This document shows, one piece after another, positions 36,623-45,648 of a stretch of DNA of 64,000 nucleotides. Each line of letters begins with the position of its first letter. The stretch's first letter is position 1. This DNA is from an uncultured bacterium (GTDB lineage Bacteria > Actinomycetota > Thermoleophilia > Solirubrobacterales > 70-9): assembly GCA_963725035.1 (NCBI GenBank), contig CAVRWX010000010.1, positions 124,854-188,853 of the forward strand, given 5' to 3'. The notes below the pieces were generated by a model. It had not been told where the DNA came from and made no database searches. It worked only from the letters and a program-made list of their open reading frames with translations. A program made the position numbers and the translations under genes.

Positions 36623-37660
36623 CGCGTCGCGCAGGTCGGCAGCCGCCCTCTCGGGCGCGTAGGTCGAGATGTCGACTCCCGTGCCGAGCTCGAACCCGGC
36701 CCGGATCGTCAGGCGCGGGACGATGTCGATGTGCCAGGAGAACTCCTCGGCGCCGCTCGGCGTTGTGCGGATCCAGAGGTTGAATTGAGGTAAGGCCCCG
36801 AACACGCCGGCGAGCGCCCGGAGCGCAGTGCCGATCATCGCGGCGCCGCCCTGGCCCTCGGCCTCGAAAGAGGGGGCTGGGTTGCGGGGGACGATGCGAA
36901 GCTCGAACGGCGAGCGAGACGCCCATGGGCAGATCAGGATCGCCTCGTCGTCGATCGCGACCATTCGCTCCTTGCGCCGCACCTCCTCGATAGCGACGTC
37001 ACCCAGGAGGTGGCCGCCCATCGTGCGCTGGTGGTAGGCGGTCGAGCGCTCGCGCTCGCGCGCGATCTCGGCGGGGACGAATCGCAGGCCGTAGAGCTGC
37101 GCGTGAGTGTGCTCGAGCGACGCGCCCGCGGCCGGGCCCTCGTTCACGATCAGGTGCACGTACGCAGACTCGGCCGCGACCGCTCGCATGCGCTCGCGCC
37201 AGCCTGCGACCGCCACCTCGAGCTCCTCGGCCGAGAGCGCCGCCATCGACGTCTCGTGCCGGGGCGTGTTCACGATCACCTCGTGCGAGCCGTCGGCCGG
37301 CTGCGATCCGAAGAGCCCGACCTCGGCGGTGCGCCGCGAGTCGGCCAACGGGTCGGCCGCGCTGGAGAAGCCGCCGCTGTCGGCCTCGCCGTCCCCGCCG
37401 CCACCGAGGACCGGGTAGAGGTTCGGAACGGAGCGAACGCGCCATCCGGGCGTGTCAGCCCCTCCACCGCCGGGACGGTCCGCCCAGACCTCGGGCGGCG
37501 TGCGGTCCTCGCGCCCCTCGCAGAACGGGCATTTCTCGGCAGCGTCGGGATTCGATTCGGCGACGGCGGGCGAGAACGCGTCGGGCCGCTCTGCCCTGCC
37601 GGGCGCGAGCACGACTCGCAGCCCCGTGAGCTGATCGATGCGTATTTCGGGAGCGGTCAG
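36602..37660 (-). CDS. galT: galactose-1-phosphate uridylyltransferase (HIT-type)
   Basis: It has CPFCEGRE and HTHAQL motifs. The family-typical N-terminus EIRIDQLTGLRVVLAPGRAERP lies upstream of the listed GTG 37612. The only in-frame candidate start there is CTG 37660, 7 nt after the SPFH stop. Confidence 0.85.
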   Translation of the reverse strand: MTAPEIRIDQLTGLRVVLAPGRAERPDAFSPAVAESNPDAAEKCPFCEGREDRTPPEVWADRPGGGGADTPGWRVRSVPNLYPVLGGGGDGEADSGGFSSAADPLADSRRTAEVGLFGSQPADGSHEVIVNTPRHETSMAALSAEELEVAVAGWRERMRAVAAESAYVHLIVNEGPAAGASLEHTHAQLYGLRFVPAEIARERERSTAYHQRTMGGHLLGDVAIEEVRRKERMVAIDDEAILICPWASRSPFELRIVPRNPAPSFEAEGQGGAAMIGTALRALAGVFGALPQFNLWIRTTPSGAEEFSWHIDIVPRLTIRAGFELGTGVDISTYAPERAAADLRDALDDEHV

Positions 37661-37667
37661 GGCGCTA

Positions 37668-38549
37668 CTACGGCGAGGGTGGCTCGCCCGGATCCACGTC
37701 CTCGAGCTGGCTCAGGTCGGGCGGAGGCACATCCTCCGGGCTGATCGGCGGCGGCATCTGAGCGGGGTCGATGGGCGGCGCGACCGGCGGCTGCTCCCCG
37801 TCCTTGCGCACGAACGCGTGCAGCAGGTCGATCGGCAGCGGGAAGACGATCGTCGTGTTCTGGTTCACGCCCATCTCCAGGAGCGTCTGCAGGTAGCGGA
37901 GCTGGAGGGTCGTCGGGTTCCTGCTCATGACGTCCGCCGCTTGGCTCAGCTTGGCGGACGCCTGGAACTCGCCGTCGGCGGAGATGACCTTGGCGCGGCG
38001 CTCACGCTCGGCCTCGGCCTGGCGGGCGATCGCGCGTTGCATCTCGGTCGGGAGCTCGACGTCCTTGACCTCGACGGTCGAGACCTTGACGCCCCACGGC
38101 TCGGTCTGCTCGTCGATGATCTGCTGGAGCTCGATGTTGAGGCGCTCGCGCTCAGAGAGGAGCGAGTCGAGCTCTGCCTTGCCGAGCACTGAGCGAAGCG
38201 TGGTCTGGGAGATCTGCGAAGTGGCGAGCAGGTAGTTCTCGACCTCGGTGATTGCCATGTTGGGGTCGACGACGCGGAAGTAGGCGACCGCGTTCACGCG
38301 GACGGTCACGTTGTCCTTGGTGATGACCTCCTGCGGCGGCACGTTCAGCGTGATGGTTCGCAGGTCGACGCGGACCATCTGGTCGATGAACGGGATGAGG
38401 AGGATCAGGCCCGGGCCCTTCTGGGCGATCAGGCGGCCCAGGCGGAAGATGACCCCGCGCTCGTACTCGCGGAGGATGCGCACCGCCGCGGCGAGGATGA
38501 TCAGCAGGACTACCCCGAGTATTGCTGCAACTACCAGTCCAGCTGACAA
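37668..38549 (-). CDS. SPFH/band-7 (stomatin-like) protein
   Basis: An N-terminal TM segment is followed by [16 protein letters not shown]...[19 protein letters not shown] and an [14 protein letters not shown] coiled coil. Confidence 0.9.
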   Translation of the reverse strand: MSAGLVVAAILGVVLLIILAAAVRILREYERGVIFRLGRLIAQKGPGLILLIPFIDQMVRVDLRTITLNVPPQEVITKDNVTVRVNAVAYFRVVDPNMAITEVENYLLATSQISQTTLRSVLGKAELDSLLSERERLNIELQQIIDEQTEPWGVKVSTVEVKDVELPTEMQRAIARQAEAERERRAKVISADGEFQASAKLSQAADVMSRNPTTLQLRYLQTLLEMGVNQNTTIVFPLPIDLLHAFVRKDGEQPPVAPPIDPAQMPPPISPEDVPPPDLSQLEDVDPGEPPSP

Positions 38550-38563
38550 AAGAACGTGCTCCT

Positions 38564-39892
38564 TTACGTCGGGGTCTCAGGGCTTGAATCGACCGGGCGG
38601 ACCTTGAGCGTCAGGCCCTCGATCTCTTCGACTCGCACTCTATCGCCGGTTGGGATCGGCTCTCCGTCATCCGCGCGCTCGGCGCGCCACAGGGCACCCT
38701 GGACGAAGACCTGGCCGACAGGATCGACCGGCACGCGCACGTCTCCCTCGGCGCCAATGAGCTCCTCGTACCCCGTGTAGACCTTGCCGCGGCGCGCCTC
38801 CATCACCTTGCGTCCGACCCAGATGATCGGCGAGTGCCGAAGACGACGGCGATGCCGATCACCAGCGGTGCCGAGACCTCGAAGTCCTCGTTGGTGTCGA
38901 AGAGGAGGAGGCCCGAGATGGCGAGTCGAGACGACTCCGAGGACGCCCATGATGCCCGCGGTCGGAAGCTGCGTCTCGGCGATCAGAAGCCCGACTCCGA
39001 GGATGAGGAGCACCACGCCGGCCGCCGTCACCGGAAGCTGGGACGAGGCGAACAGCCCGACTATCAGCGCGATGAGCCCGGTCGCCCCCGGCACGATGAG
39101 GCCCGGGCTGAAGATCTCGACCAGGAGCCCGACGATGCCCGCGAGGATCAGGAGGAAGGCGACGTTCGGGTTGACGATGATCTGCAGGACCTCGTACTGG
39201 AAGGGCATGTCGCGCTCGTCGACGGTGAGTCCCTCGGTGTCGAGCGTGGTCGCCTTGGGCCCCTGGACCTCGAAGCCGTCGAGCTGCTCCAGGAGGTCTT
39301 GGGTGTCGGCGGCGACGATGTCGATCAATCCGGCTTCAAGGGCCTCGGCGGCGGTGACGTTGGTCGCGTCGCGGACCATCTCCTCGGCCAGCTCGGGGTT
39401 TCGCCCGTGCTCCTCGGTCAGCGCGCGGACGTAGGCGGCTGCGTCGTTCTCGATCTTCGTGCCGAGCACCTCCCCGATGTCCTCGCCGCCGATCGTGATC
39501 GGCGAAGCAGAGCCGATGTTGGTCTGCGGCGCCATCGCGGCCACGTCGGCCGCCTGCGTGATGAAGAGGCCCGCCGATGCGGCTCGGGCGCCGTTGGGCG
39601 AGACGTAGACGACGACCGGCATCGGCGCCGCGATGATGTCCTTGACGATCTCGCGCATCGAAGTGTCGAGCCCGCCGGGCGTGTCGAGCCGGACGATCAC
39701 GAGCTCGGCCGCATCGTCAGCGGCATCCTCGAGAGCACGCCCCATCCAAGCCTCGGTCGCGGGATCGATCGTCCCCGAGAGCTCGATGGAAACCGCCTCG
39801 CCGGTCCCGTCCTGCGCCGGCGCCCCGGCGGCAAGCGCGAGCCCCGCGACAATCGCGGCCAGCGACCCGAAGATGCGCGACTTTCGTCTCAC
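38564..39892 (-). CDS. NfeD-family membrane-bound ClpP-class serine protease with a compensated out-of-frame stretch (about 38832-38926)
   Basis: GTG 39892. It has a ClpP-like domain ([22 protein letters not shown]), TM helices and a C-terminal OB domain. The as-read [18 protein letters not shown]... becomes the TM-like [30 protein letters not shown] in the +1 frame. Confidence 0.85.
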   Translation of the reverse strand: MRRKSRIFGSLAAIVAGLALAAGAPAQDGTGEAVSIELSGTIDPATEAWMGRALEDAADDAAELVIVRLDTPGGLDTSMREIVKDIIAAPMPVVVYVSPNGARAASAGLFITQAADVAAMAPQTNIGSASPITIGGEDIGEVLGTKIENDAAAYVRALTEEHGRNPELAEEMVRDATNVTAAEALEAGLIDIVAADTQDLLEQLDGFEVQGPKATTLDTEGLTVDERDMPFQYEVLQIIVNPNVAFLLILAGIVGLLVEIFSPGLIVPGATGLIALIVGLFASSQLPVTAAGVVLLILGVGLLIAETQLPTAGIMGVLGVVSTRHLGPPPLRHQRGLRGLGTAGDRHRRRLRHSPIIWVGRKVMEARRGKVYTGYEELIGAEGDVRVPVDPVGQVFVQGALWRAERADDGEPIPTGDRVRVEEIEGLTLKVRPVDSSPETPT

Positions 39893-39999
39893 ACCGTGAT
39901 TATCGCGCGCGCTTGGTAGGCCTGGCGACCGGTGAAATGAGCGTGGGCAACCCACGTGAGTGCGACGGGCACCGAGGACGGTGCCTGGCACCTTGATCG

Positions 40000-40398
40000 C
40001 TACGGAGCGACGGGAACGCCGGGCGAACCGAACATGAGGAACCACACGGAGCAGACGATGCCGACGAGGATCGTCGCTGTGATGACGATGTCCTCGATCG
40101 GGTGGGTGTCGGGCCCGGTGCGCCGCTCGGCCGAGAGGCTGCGGTTCCAGTCGTGGCGGACCGGCTTGCCCTCGTCGTGCGTGACGACGGCCTTGATCCA
40201 CGCCAGGATGTAGGCCATCAGGCCGTAGGAGAGGATGATCCCGAAGAGCGCGACGCCGAGTCCGCTGAAGGACGGAGTCGTCCCGCCTTGGAGCTGCGAG
40301 CCCACCCAGACCCAGAGGTAGGGCACGCCGGCGCCGAAGACGATCACCGCCATGGCCCCGAGAGGCCAGCGCAGCACGCTCCAGATCGCATGTCCCAC
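40000..40398 (-). CDS. hypothetical membrane protein
   Basis: GTG 40398 opens a 132-aa ORF with three or four hydrophobic helices. Confidence 0.5.
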   Translation of the reverse strand: MGHAIWSVLRWPLGAMAVIVFGAGVPYLWVWVGSQLQGGTTPSFSGLGVALFGIILSYGLMAYILAWIKAVVTHDEGKPVRHDWNRSLSAERRTGPDTHPIEDIVITATILVGIVCSVWFLMFGSPGVPVAP

Positions 40399-40410
40399 GT
40401 GCTCCCATGA

Positions 40411-41033
40411 TTACTGCGCGTACTCCTCGATGTCCGCCGCGAGTCGTTCCCTGAGCGTCCGGGTACCCGCCGTACCTCGGGTAGGCAACCTCTCCGTTCG
40501 AATCGATGAACGCAGTGCTGGGAAACTCACGGGCGATGCCAGCTCCTCCGCGCAGTTCCTGATCCGGATCGAGATAGCTCGGATACGGCAACGGGAAGTC
40601 CCGACAGGAAGGTCGCACCGGTTTCAGGACCGTCGTCCGCAGAGTAGTCCGATGAATGCGATTTCGTCACCTCGCTCGATCGCTTGCTACTGGAAGTCCG
40701 GGAACTCCTCGCGACAGGGCCCGCACCACGAAGCCCATTTGTTGACGACGACGGGAATGCCCGCCGCCTCGAGCTCTGCGAGGCGAGAGTTGTAACCCGT
40801 CGACTCCCTCGTCGAGGATCTCGTTCGCCTGGTCGCGGATCGCGGCGAGCTCGGGCGGCGCGCCCTTGACCGGCGCCTGCGCCTCTTCGAGCGTACAGGG
40901 CCGAGTCCGGATTGGCGCTATCGGGGTCGACCGTGTCGGGTTCGCCGCCGCCGCAGCCCGCGCCCAGCGCGACGACTACCGCGACTGCGATCACGGCTAC
41001 GACATTCCTGCAATTCGCGCCAATTGAAGACAT
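40411..41033 (-). pseudogene. TlpA/ResA-like thioredoxin-fold lipoprotein, multiply disrupted (five +1 shifts and an in-frame TAG)
   Basis: The natural sequence hops frames in this order. (1) Lipobox N-terminus (ALGAGCGGG). (2) [32 protein letters not shown]. (3) [35 protein letters not shown], then TAG. (4) QAIERGDEIAFIG. (5) DYSADDGPETGATFL. (6) DFPLPYPSYLDPDQ...YPDAQ. (7) ERLAADIEEYAQ*. The span is 623 nt (618+5). Confidence 0.7.
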
Positions 41034-41200
41034 TTGACCGTTGAGGCTGGTACTTTTGGGGTGGATCCCGCGTCAGGGACCGCGGGGGCTCCGGCCAGGC
41101 ATGTAGGGGGAAAGCCACGCCGGCCGCCTCCATCGAGCTTACATCGCTCGCCAGTGCGTTTTGGACGTCTCAGGCGAGCCCCTTTCGAGAAAGCCTCACC

Positions 41201-43865
41201 TTGGCAAACACCACCGACGTGGCCGCTAGCGCGGTCAGCATCCCAACGGAATCGGAGCTCGAGCGAGCTCAGGAGTTCGCGCGGGAACCCATCCTGCTCG
41301 AAGGTGAGACCGTCGAGGACCTGGCGCCCGGAACGGCGCGCCGCCGCGCTCTCGACGACGCGCTGGCAGAGATCGAGGCGGGCCACGAGGAGCCTTCAAC
41401 AGAATGGCGGCGGCACTACTCGTTGATGCTCGGCCTGGAGCGCATCCTCGAGATGGAGCCGCCGACCCTCCTCGACGGCGCCGAGCTGAACGACCACCAG
41501 GTCGACGCGCTCTCGGGGACGCTCGCCGCCCTCGTCACCGAGATCGAGGACGGTCCGATCACCAACGGCAATGGCAATGGCTCGAACGGCGCGAGCGCAC
41601 CGGCCGCCGAGGAGACGGCATCCGAGAACGGCGCCGGCGAGGACGAGGAGGACCTCGACGACGAGCTCGAGCCCGACGAGGAGCCTCAGGACTGGGCCGA
41701 CGAGCCGGCTGAGGACGACGAGGACGTGGTTTCCGAGGCGCCCGAGGACCCCGGCGCATCGAGGCGGTTTTGGTTCGAGCACGCGACGGGCGCCGGCAAG
41801 ACCGTCGCAGCCGTCGGATTCGTCGAGTCGTCTCGCACCGGCGGGATCCTGATCCTCACTCACCGCCGGAACCTCGTCGACCAGTTCATCGGCGAGATCT
41901 CGGACCGCGGCTACAAGGACCGCCTGTCGCCCCCGCTTCTGGGCAAGGCCGACCACGCCCACGGCCCCGTCACGGTCGAGACCTACCAGTGGTTCGTCCG
42001 CAACTCGAAGGAGATCTCGGACGCATACGCGATCGTGATCTGCGACGAGGCGCACACCGCGCTCGGCGAGAAGACCAGCGCGTGCATCCGCCAGATGGAC
42101 GGCCCCGTCTTCATCGGCATGACCGCGACCGGCGCGCTGATCGCCCGCCACGTCGCCGACCTCTTCCCGACCCAGACGTCGCGCTTCGACCTCGCCCAGG
42201 CCGCGCGCCGCGGCGTGATCGCGCCCCTTCGCTGCATCCGCATCCCGCCGGGGCCGGGCGTGCGCTCGCTCGCGAAGGTGCCGCTCCGGCGCGGCGAGGT
42301 TGACCAGGACTTCGATCAGGAGGAGCTGGCGAAGCTCCTCGACCAGGGGCCGTTCAACGTGGCGATCGCCGATCTCTACAAGGCGCGCTTCTCCAAGGTT
42401 CCGGGCGTCCTCTACACCGCGGGCGTCAAGCACGCCAACAACGTCGCCGCAGCGATGCGCGACGTCGGCATCAACGCGCGCGCCGTCTCGGGCGAGACCA
42501 ACAAGCGCGAGCTCGCCGAGATCCTGGCCGCGTTCGAGCGCGGCGATGTCGACGTGCTCTGCAACGCGATGCTTCTGGCCGAGGGGTGGAACTCGCCCCG
42601 CGCGACGATCTGCATGCACCTCGCGCCAACCGCTTCGCGGCGCATCTACCAGCAGCGCGTGGGCCGCGTGACCCGGAAGGCGCCCGGGAAGGAGGCGGGG
42701 CTCGTGATCGACCTCGTCCATCCCGCGACGACCTCCGACGAAACGATCGTGACCCTCCACTCGCTCCTCGACCGCGACGTCTACCGCGGCGGTGCCATCG
42801 TCGTCGGCCCCGTCCGGCGCGGGCGCGGGCGCCGGGTGCGCGTCGAGCGGCGGATCGTCCCAGTCTCGGCCGACCCCGAGCGCCGCGTTGCCGTCCTCGA
42901 ACGCGAGCTCTGGCGGATCGCCGTCGAGAACCTGAACTACTCCGAGCAGCACGCCTGGGCTGCGCTGGCCGGCTCGAAGGTGACGTCGAACCAGTGGCGC
43001 CGCGCCAAGGCGATGATCCAGCACGACGAGGCGAAGGAACTGCGACGCCGCTTCCTCCTGACCTGCGTCCAGCGAAACCGCAACCACCAGCTCCGCTTGA
43101 AGGCGATGGCCGAGGTGGCCGCGCTCCGCGACGCCGAGGCGTTCGACGACTGCGTCGACATCGTCACCACCTGGAGCCGCGAGGACCGCCGCGCCGGGGC
43201 CAAGCTTCTGCTCCAAGCGCTCGCCGAGCGCCGCATCGGCCGCCGCGACCAGGCTCAGGCCTGGGTCTGGCGCCTTGCCGAGACCACCCGCGAGCTCCAC
43301 GAGCAGTACGCCGTTCAGCGCTGGCCGGAGACGAAGCGCCTGCTGGGCCTGTTCGTCAACTCATCCGGCCGCGCCCACGGCCGCAACGCCCGGCGCCTCG
43401 TCACCGCTGCGCGCCAGCAGGACCGCCGCCTCGCGGTAGCGCTCCTCGCCGCGGCGGTCGCCCATACGCCCGAGGCCGAAGAGGTGCTCCGCGGTGCACG
43501 CATGCGCATGGCGCGGAAGCCCTCGGCCGTCGCCCGCGAACTGCTCAGGAACTTCCCGAAGCCCGGCTCCGGCCGCCGGCGCCGCCGCAAGAAGGGCGGC
43601 AACGGCGACAAGCCGAAGGGCAACGGCAACTCGCCCGGGCGCGAGGTGCTCGACGCGGAGGTCGTGGACGACGAGGCGCTCGATGCGGAGGCGACGAATG
43701 ACGAAGGCGCCGATGCGGTCGAGGAGACGTCCAGCGAGGGCGCTGATGAGGTCGAGGACAGTGCCGACGTCGATGGACGACTCCGACGATTCTGGAGTCG
43801 ACCAGGGTGAGGAAGCTGGCGATGACGCCGACGCCGACGACGATTCAGACGCCTCCGACGACTGA
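41201..43865 (+). CDS. large SF2 DEAD/DEAH-box helicase with acidic N-terminal insert and long helical, basic then acidic C-terminus; frame break near 43772
   Basis: TTG 41201. Motif I is ATGAGKT, motif II is VICDEAHT, motif III is GMTATG and motif VI is QQRVGRVTR. The acidic tail continues in the +1 frame (DDSDDSGVDQGEEAGDDADADDDSDASDD*) to 43865. The span is 2665 nt (3n+1). Confidence 0.8.
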
Positions 43866-43866
43866 T

Positions 43867-43986
43867 TCACATGATCGGGCGGGGTTTTACGGACTATGTC
43901 CGTACAACTCCGACCTCGATGCCTAGTCACATGATCGGGCGGGATTGTGCCGCTCTGCGCGGCACAAGTCCGACCTCGTTGCCTAG
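43867..43986. repeat. two exactly phased 60-nt tandem units, each a long hairpin with conserved outer and covarying inner stem
   Basis: Unit 1 is tcacatgatcgggcggggttt-TACGGAC-tat-GTCCGTA-caactccgacctcgatgcctag. Unit 2 is tcacatgatcgggcgggatt-GTGCCGC-tctgc-GCGGCAC-aagtccgacctcgttgcctag. They lie between convergent genes, and the birA stop sits in unit 2. Confidence 0.8.
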
Positions 43987-44714
43987 AGACGCAGCGAGAC
44001 TTCGCCGGCGCCCAGCGCGAGCCGTTCGCCCGCGTCGGTGACCACGACGAGGTTCCCGCGCTCGTCGATGCCATCGGCAACGCCCTCCCCTTGGGTGCCA
44101 GAACCACCAGCCCCCTCCCAGGCAATCTCGCGGCCACGCAGCGCATCCCGCGCCTCGAACGCGGCCACGACCTCCTCAGGCCCCGCGGCAGTCCACTTCC
44201 CGAGGGCAACCCGCAGCGCCACCAAAGCGTCGTCCACCCCAACCGCGTGCCCAAGCGACGTCGCGGGCCAGCGCAGGTCCTCCGGAAACTCCTCATCCGA
44301 GATCGAAAGGTTCAAGCCCGACGCCGATCACCGCCCAGTCCGGCGGCCTCGCCTCGATCAGGACGCCCGCGAGCTTCCGCTCGCCAAGCCAGACGTCGTT
44401 CGGCCACTTGACCTGGCACTCGACCGGTGCGAGGGCCTCGGCCGCATCGCACACCGCGAGCGGCACCGCCAGCGGGAGCAGCGAGTGATGCGCCTCGAGC
44501 GGCCGCAGGATCGCCGAGCAGAGAAGCGCCGACCCCGCGGGCGCCGACCACGTGCGGCCGGTCCGCCCTCGCCCGGCAGTCTGCTCGTCTGCGGTGACGA
44601 CCGTCCCCGATGGCGCCCCCGCGACCGCGAGCTCCGCGCGCGATCGTTCGTCGAGTCCGTCACCCGGTGATGGACGGTCGGGCCGTCGAAGCTCACGACG
44701 GCGAACGATGGCAC
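43983..44714 (-). CDS. birA: biotin--[acetyl-CoA-carboxylase] ligase, two frame breaks as sequenced (about 44636 and 44318)
   Basis: VTDSTNDRAR reads in one frame. ELAVAGAPSGTVVTADEQTAGRGRTGRTWSAPAGSALLCS...KWPNDVWLGERKLAGVLIE reads in a second frame. LNLSISDEEF... is back in the first. The start (GTG 44714) is uncertain. Confidence 0.8.
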
Positions 44715-44820
44715 GCGCGTCAGCCGCTGCGCCCGGAGAACGCGCGTGCCCGCTCGACTGCTTGGCCGCGTCGCGGCACGATCACCCCGCCGAACTCCAG
44801 CAGGTGTCGGCGCGCCTTGC

Positions 44821-45648
44821 TCACGAGATATCCACCTTCTCGCAGTCGCCCGCGATCTTGTCGGAGCTGTCGGCAAAGACTTTGTCGTTGCCGGCGCCGC
44901 ATTTCACCTTGTCCTTGCCGCCCTTGGCGACCTCGATGATGTCCTTGCCGTCGCCGCCCTTCACCTTGTCCTCGCCGCCTTCGCCGTAGAGGACGTCGCG
45001 CGTGGCGCCGCCGGTGATCTTGTCGGCGCCGCCGCCGCCCTCGATCGTCATGAAGATCTCGATGGGTCCGAGGAATCCCGGGCCGCCCTTGCCGCTCAGC
45101 TTGTCCTTGCCGCCCTCGCCCCGCAAGAGGATCGTCTGCGTGCTGCCGAGGAAGGCGTCGCCGTCGGAGTCGTTGTTCATCATCACCGCAGGGCCGAGGA
45201 TCGACTCGCCGAACTTGAAGCGGTCGACATTGTTCCCGCCGCCAAGGCCGAAGAACCCGTCCGGCCACTCCACGTCGATCTCGATCTCCGATAGCTCCGG
45301 CGACTCGTTCTCGGTGCCCGGCGACATGCCGCCCTTCTTGAGGTCGAAGTAGACGGCCGGCGCCACTGCTGCGGGGCCTTCCAGCTCGATGGTGTCGGTG
45401 TTGTTGATCGTCGGCTCCGTCAGTCCGGGGCACGGAACCTCGCCGCCCATCACGTCGTTGGTGACTTCGATGTCGGTCCCGTCGCGTCGGATCGCGACGA
45501 CCTCCTCGAAGCCGGACAGCGTCACCGTAAGTGCGTCAGACACTGAGTCGTACGAGCAGCTGTATGCGGCCGAAGCGCCGCTTGCCATCGCCAGCGACCC
45601 CCCGATTGCCACGACCCCTGCCACCCAAGCCCTCTTAAGCACCTGCAT
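44821..45648 (-). CDS. secreted calcium-binding repeat (RTX-like GGxGxD) protein
   Basis: The signal peptide is MQVLKRAWVAGVVAIGGSLAMASGASA. The C-terminal repeats are GEGGKDKLSGKGG..., GGGGADKITGG, GEGGEDKVKGGDGKD and CGAGNDKV. Confidence 0.65.
   Translation of the reverse strand: MQVLKRAWVAGVVAIGGSLAMASGASAAYSCSYDSVSDALTVTLSGFEEVVAIRRDGTDIEVTNDVMGGEVPCPGLTEPTINNTDTIELEGPAAVAPAVYFDLKKGGMSPGTENESPELSEIEIDVEWPDGFFGLGGGNNVDRFKFGESILGPAVMMNNDSDGDAFLGSTQTILLRGEGGKDKLSGKGGPGFLGPIEIFMTIEGGGGADKITGGATRDVLYGEGGEDKVKGGDGKDIIEVAKGGKDKVKCGAGNDKVFADSSDKIAGDCEKVDIS

Noticed and set aside
41396-43300. A 634-aa minus-strand ORF opposite the helicase; likewise 59559-61235 opposite ftsH, 25214-26770, 53390-55159 and 54871-57069
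   Set aside because: All are low-complexity (Arg/Asp/Gly/Leu-rich). All lie antisense or out of frame to genes with unambiguous catalytic motifs.
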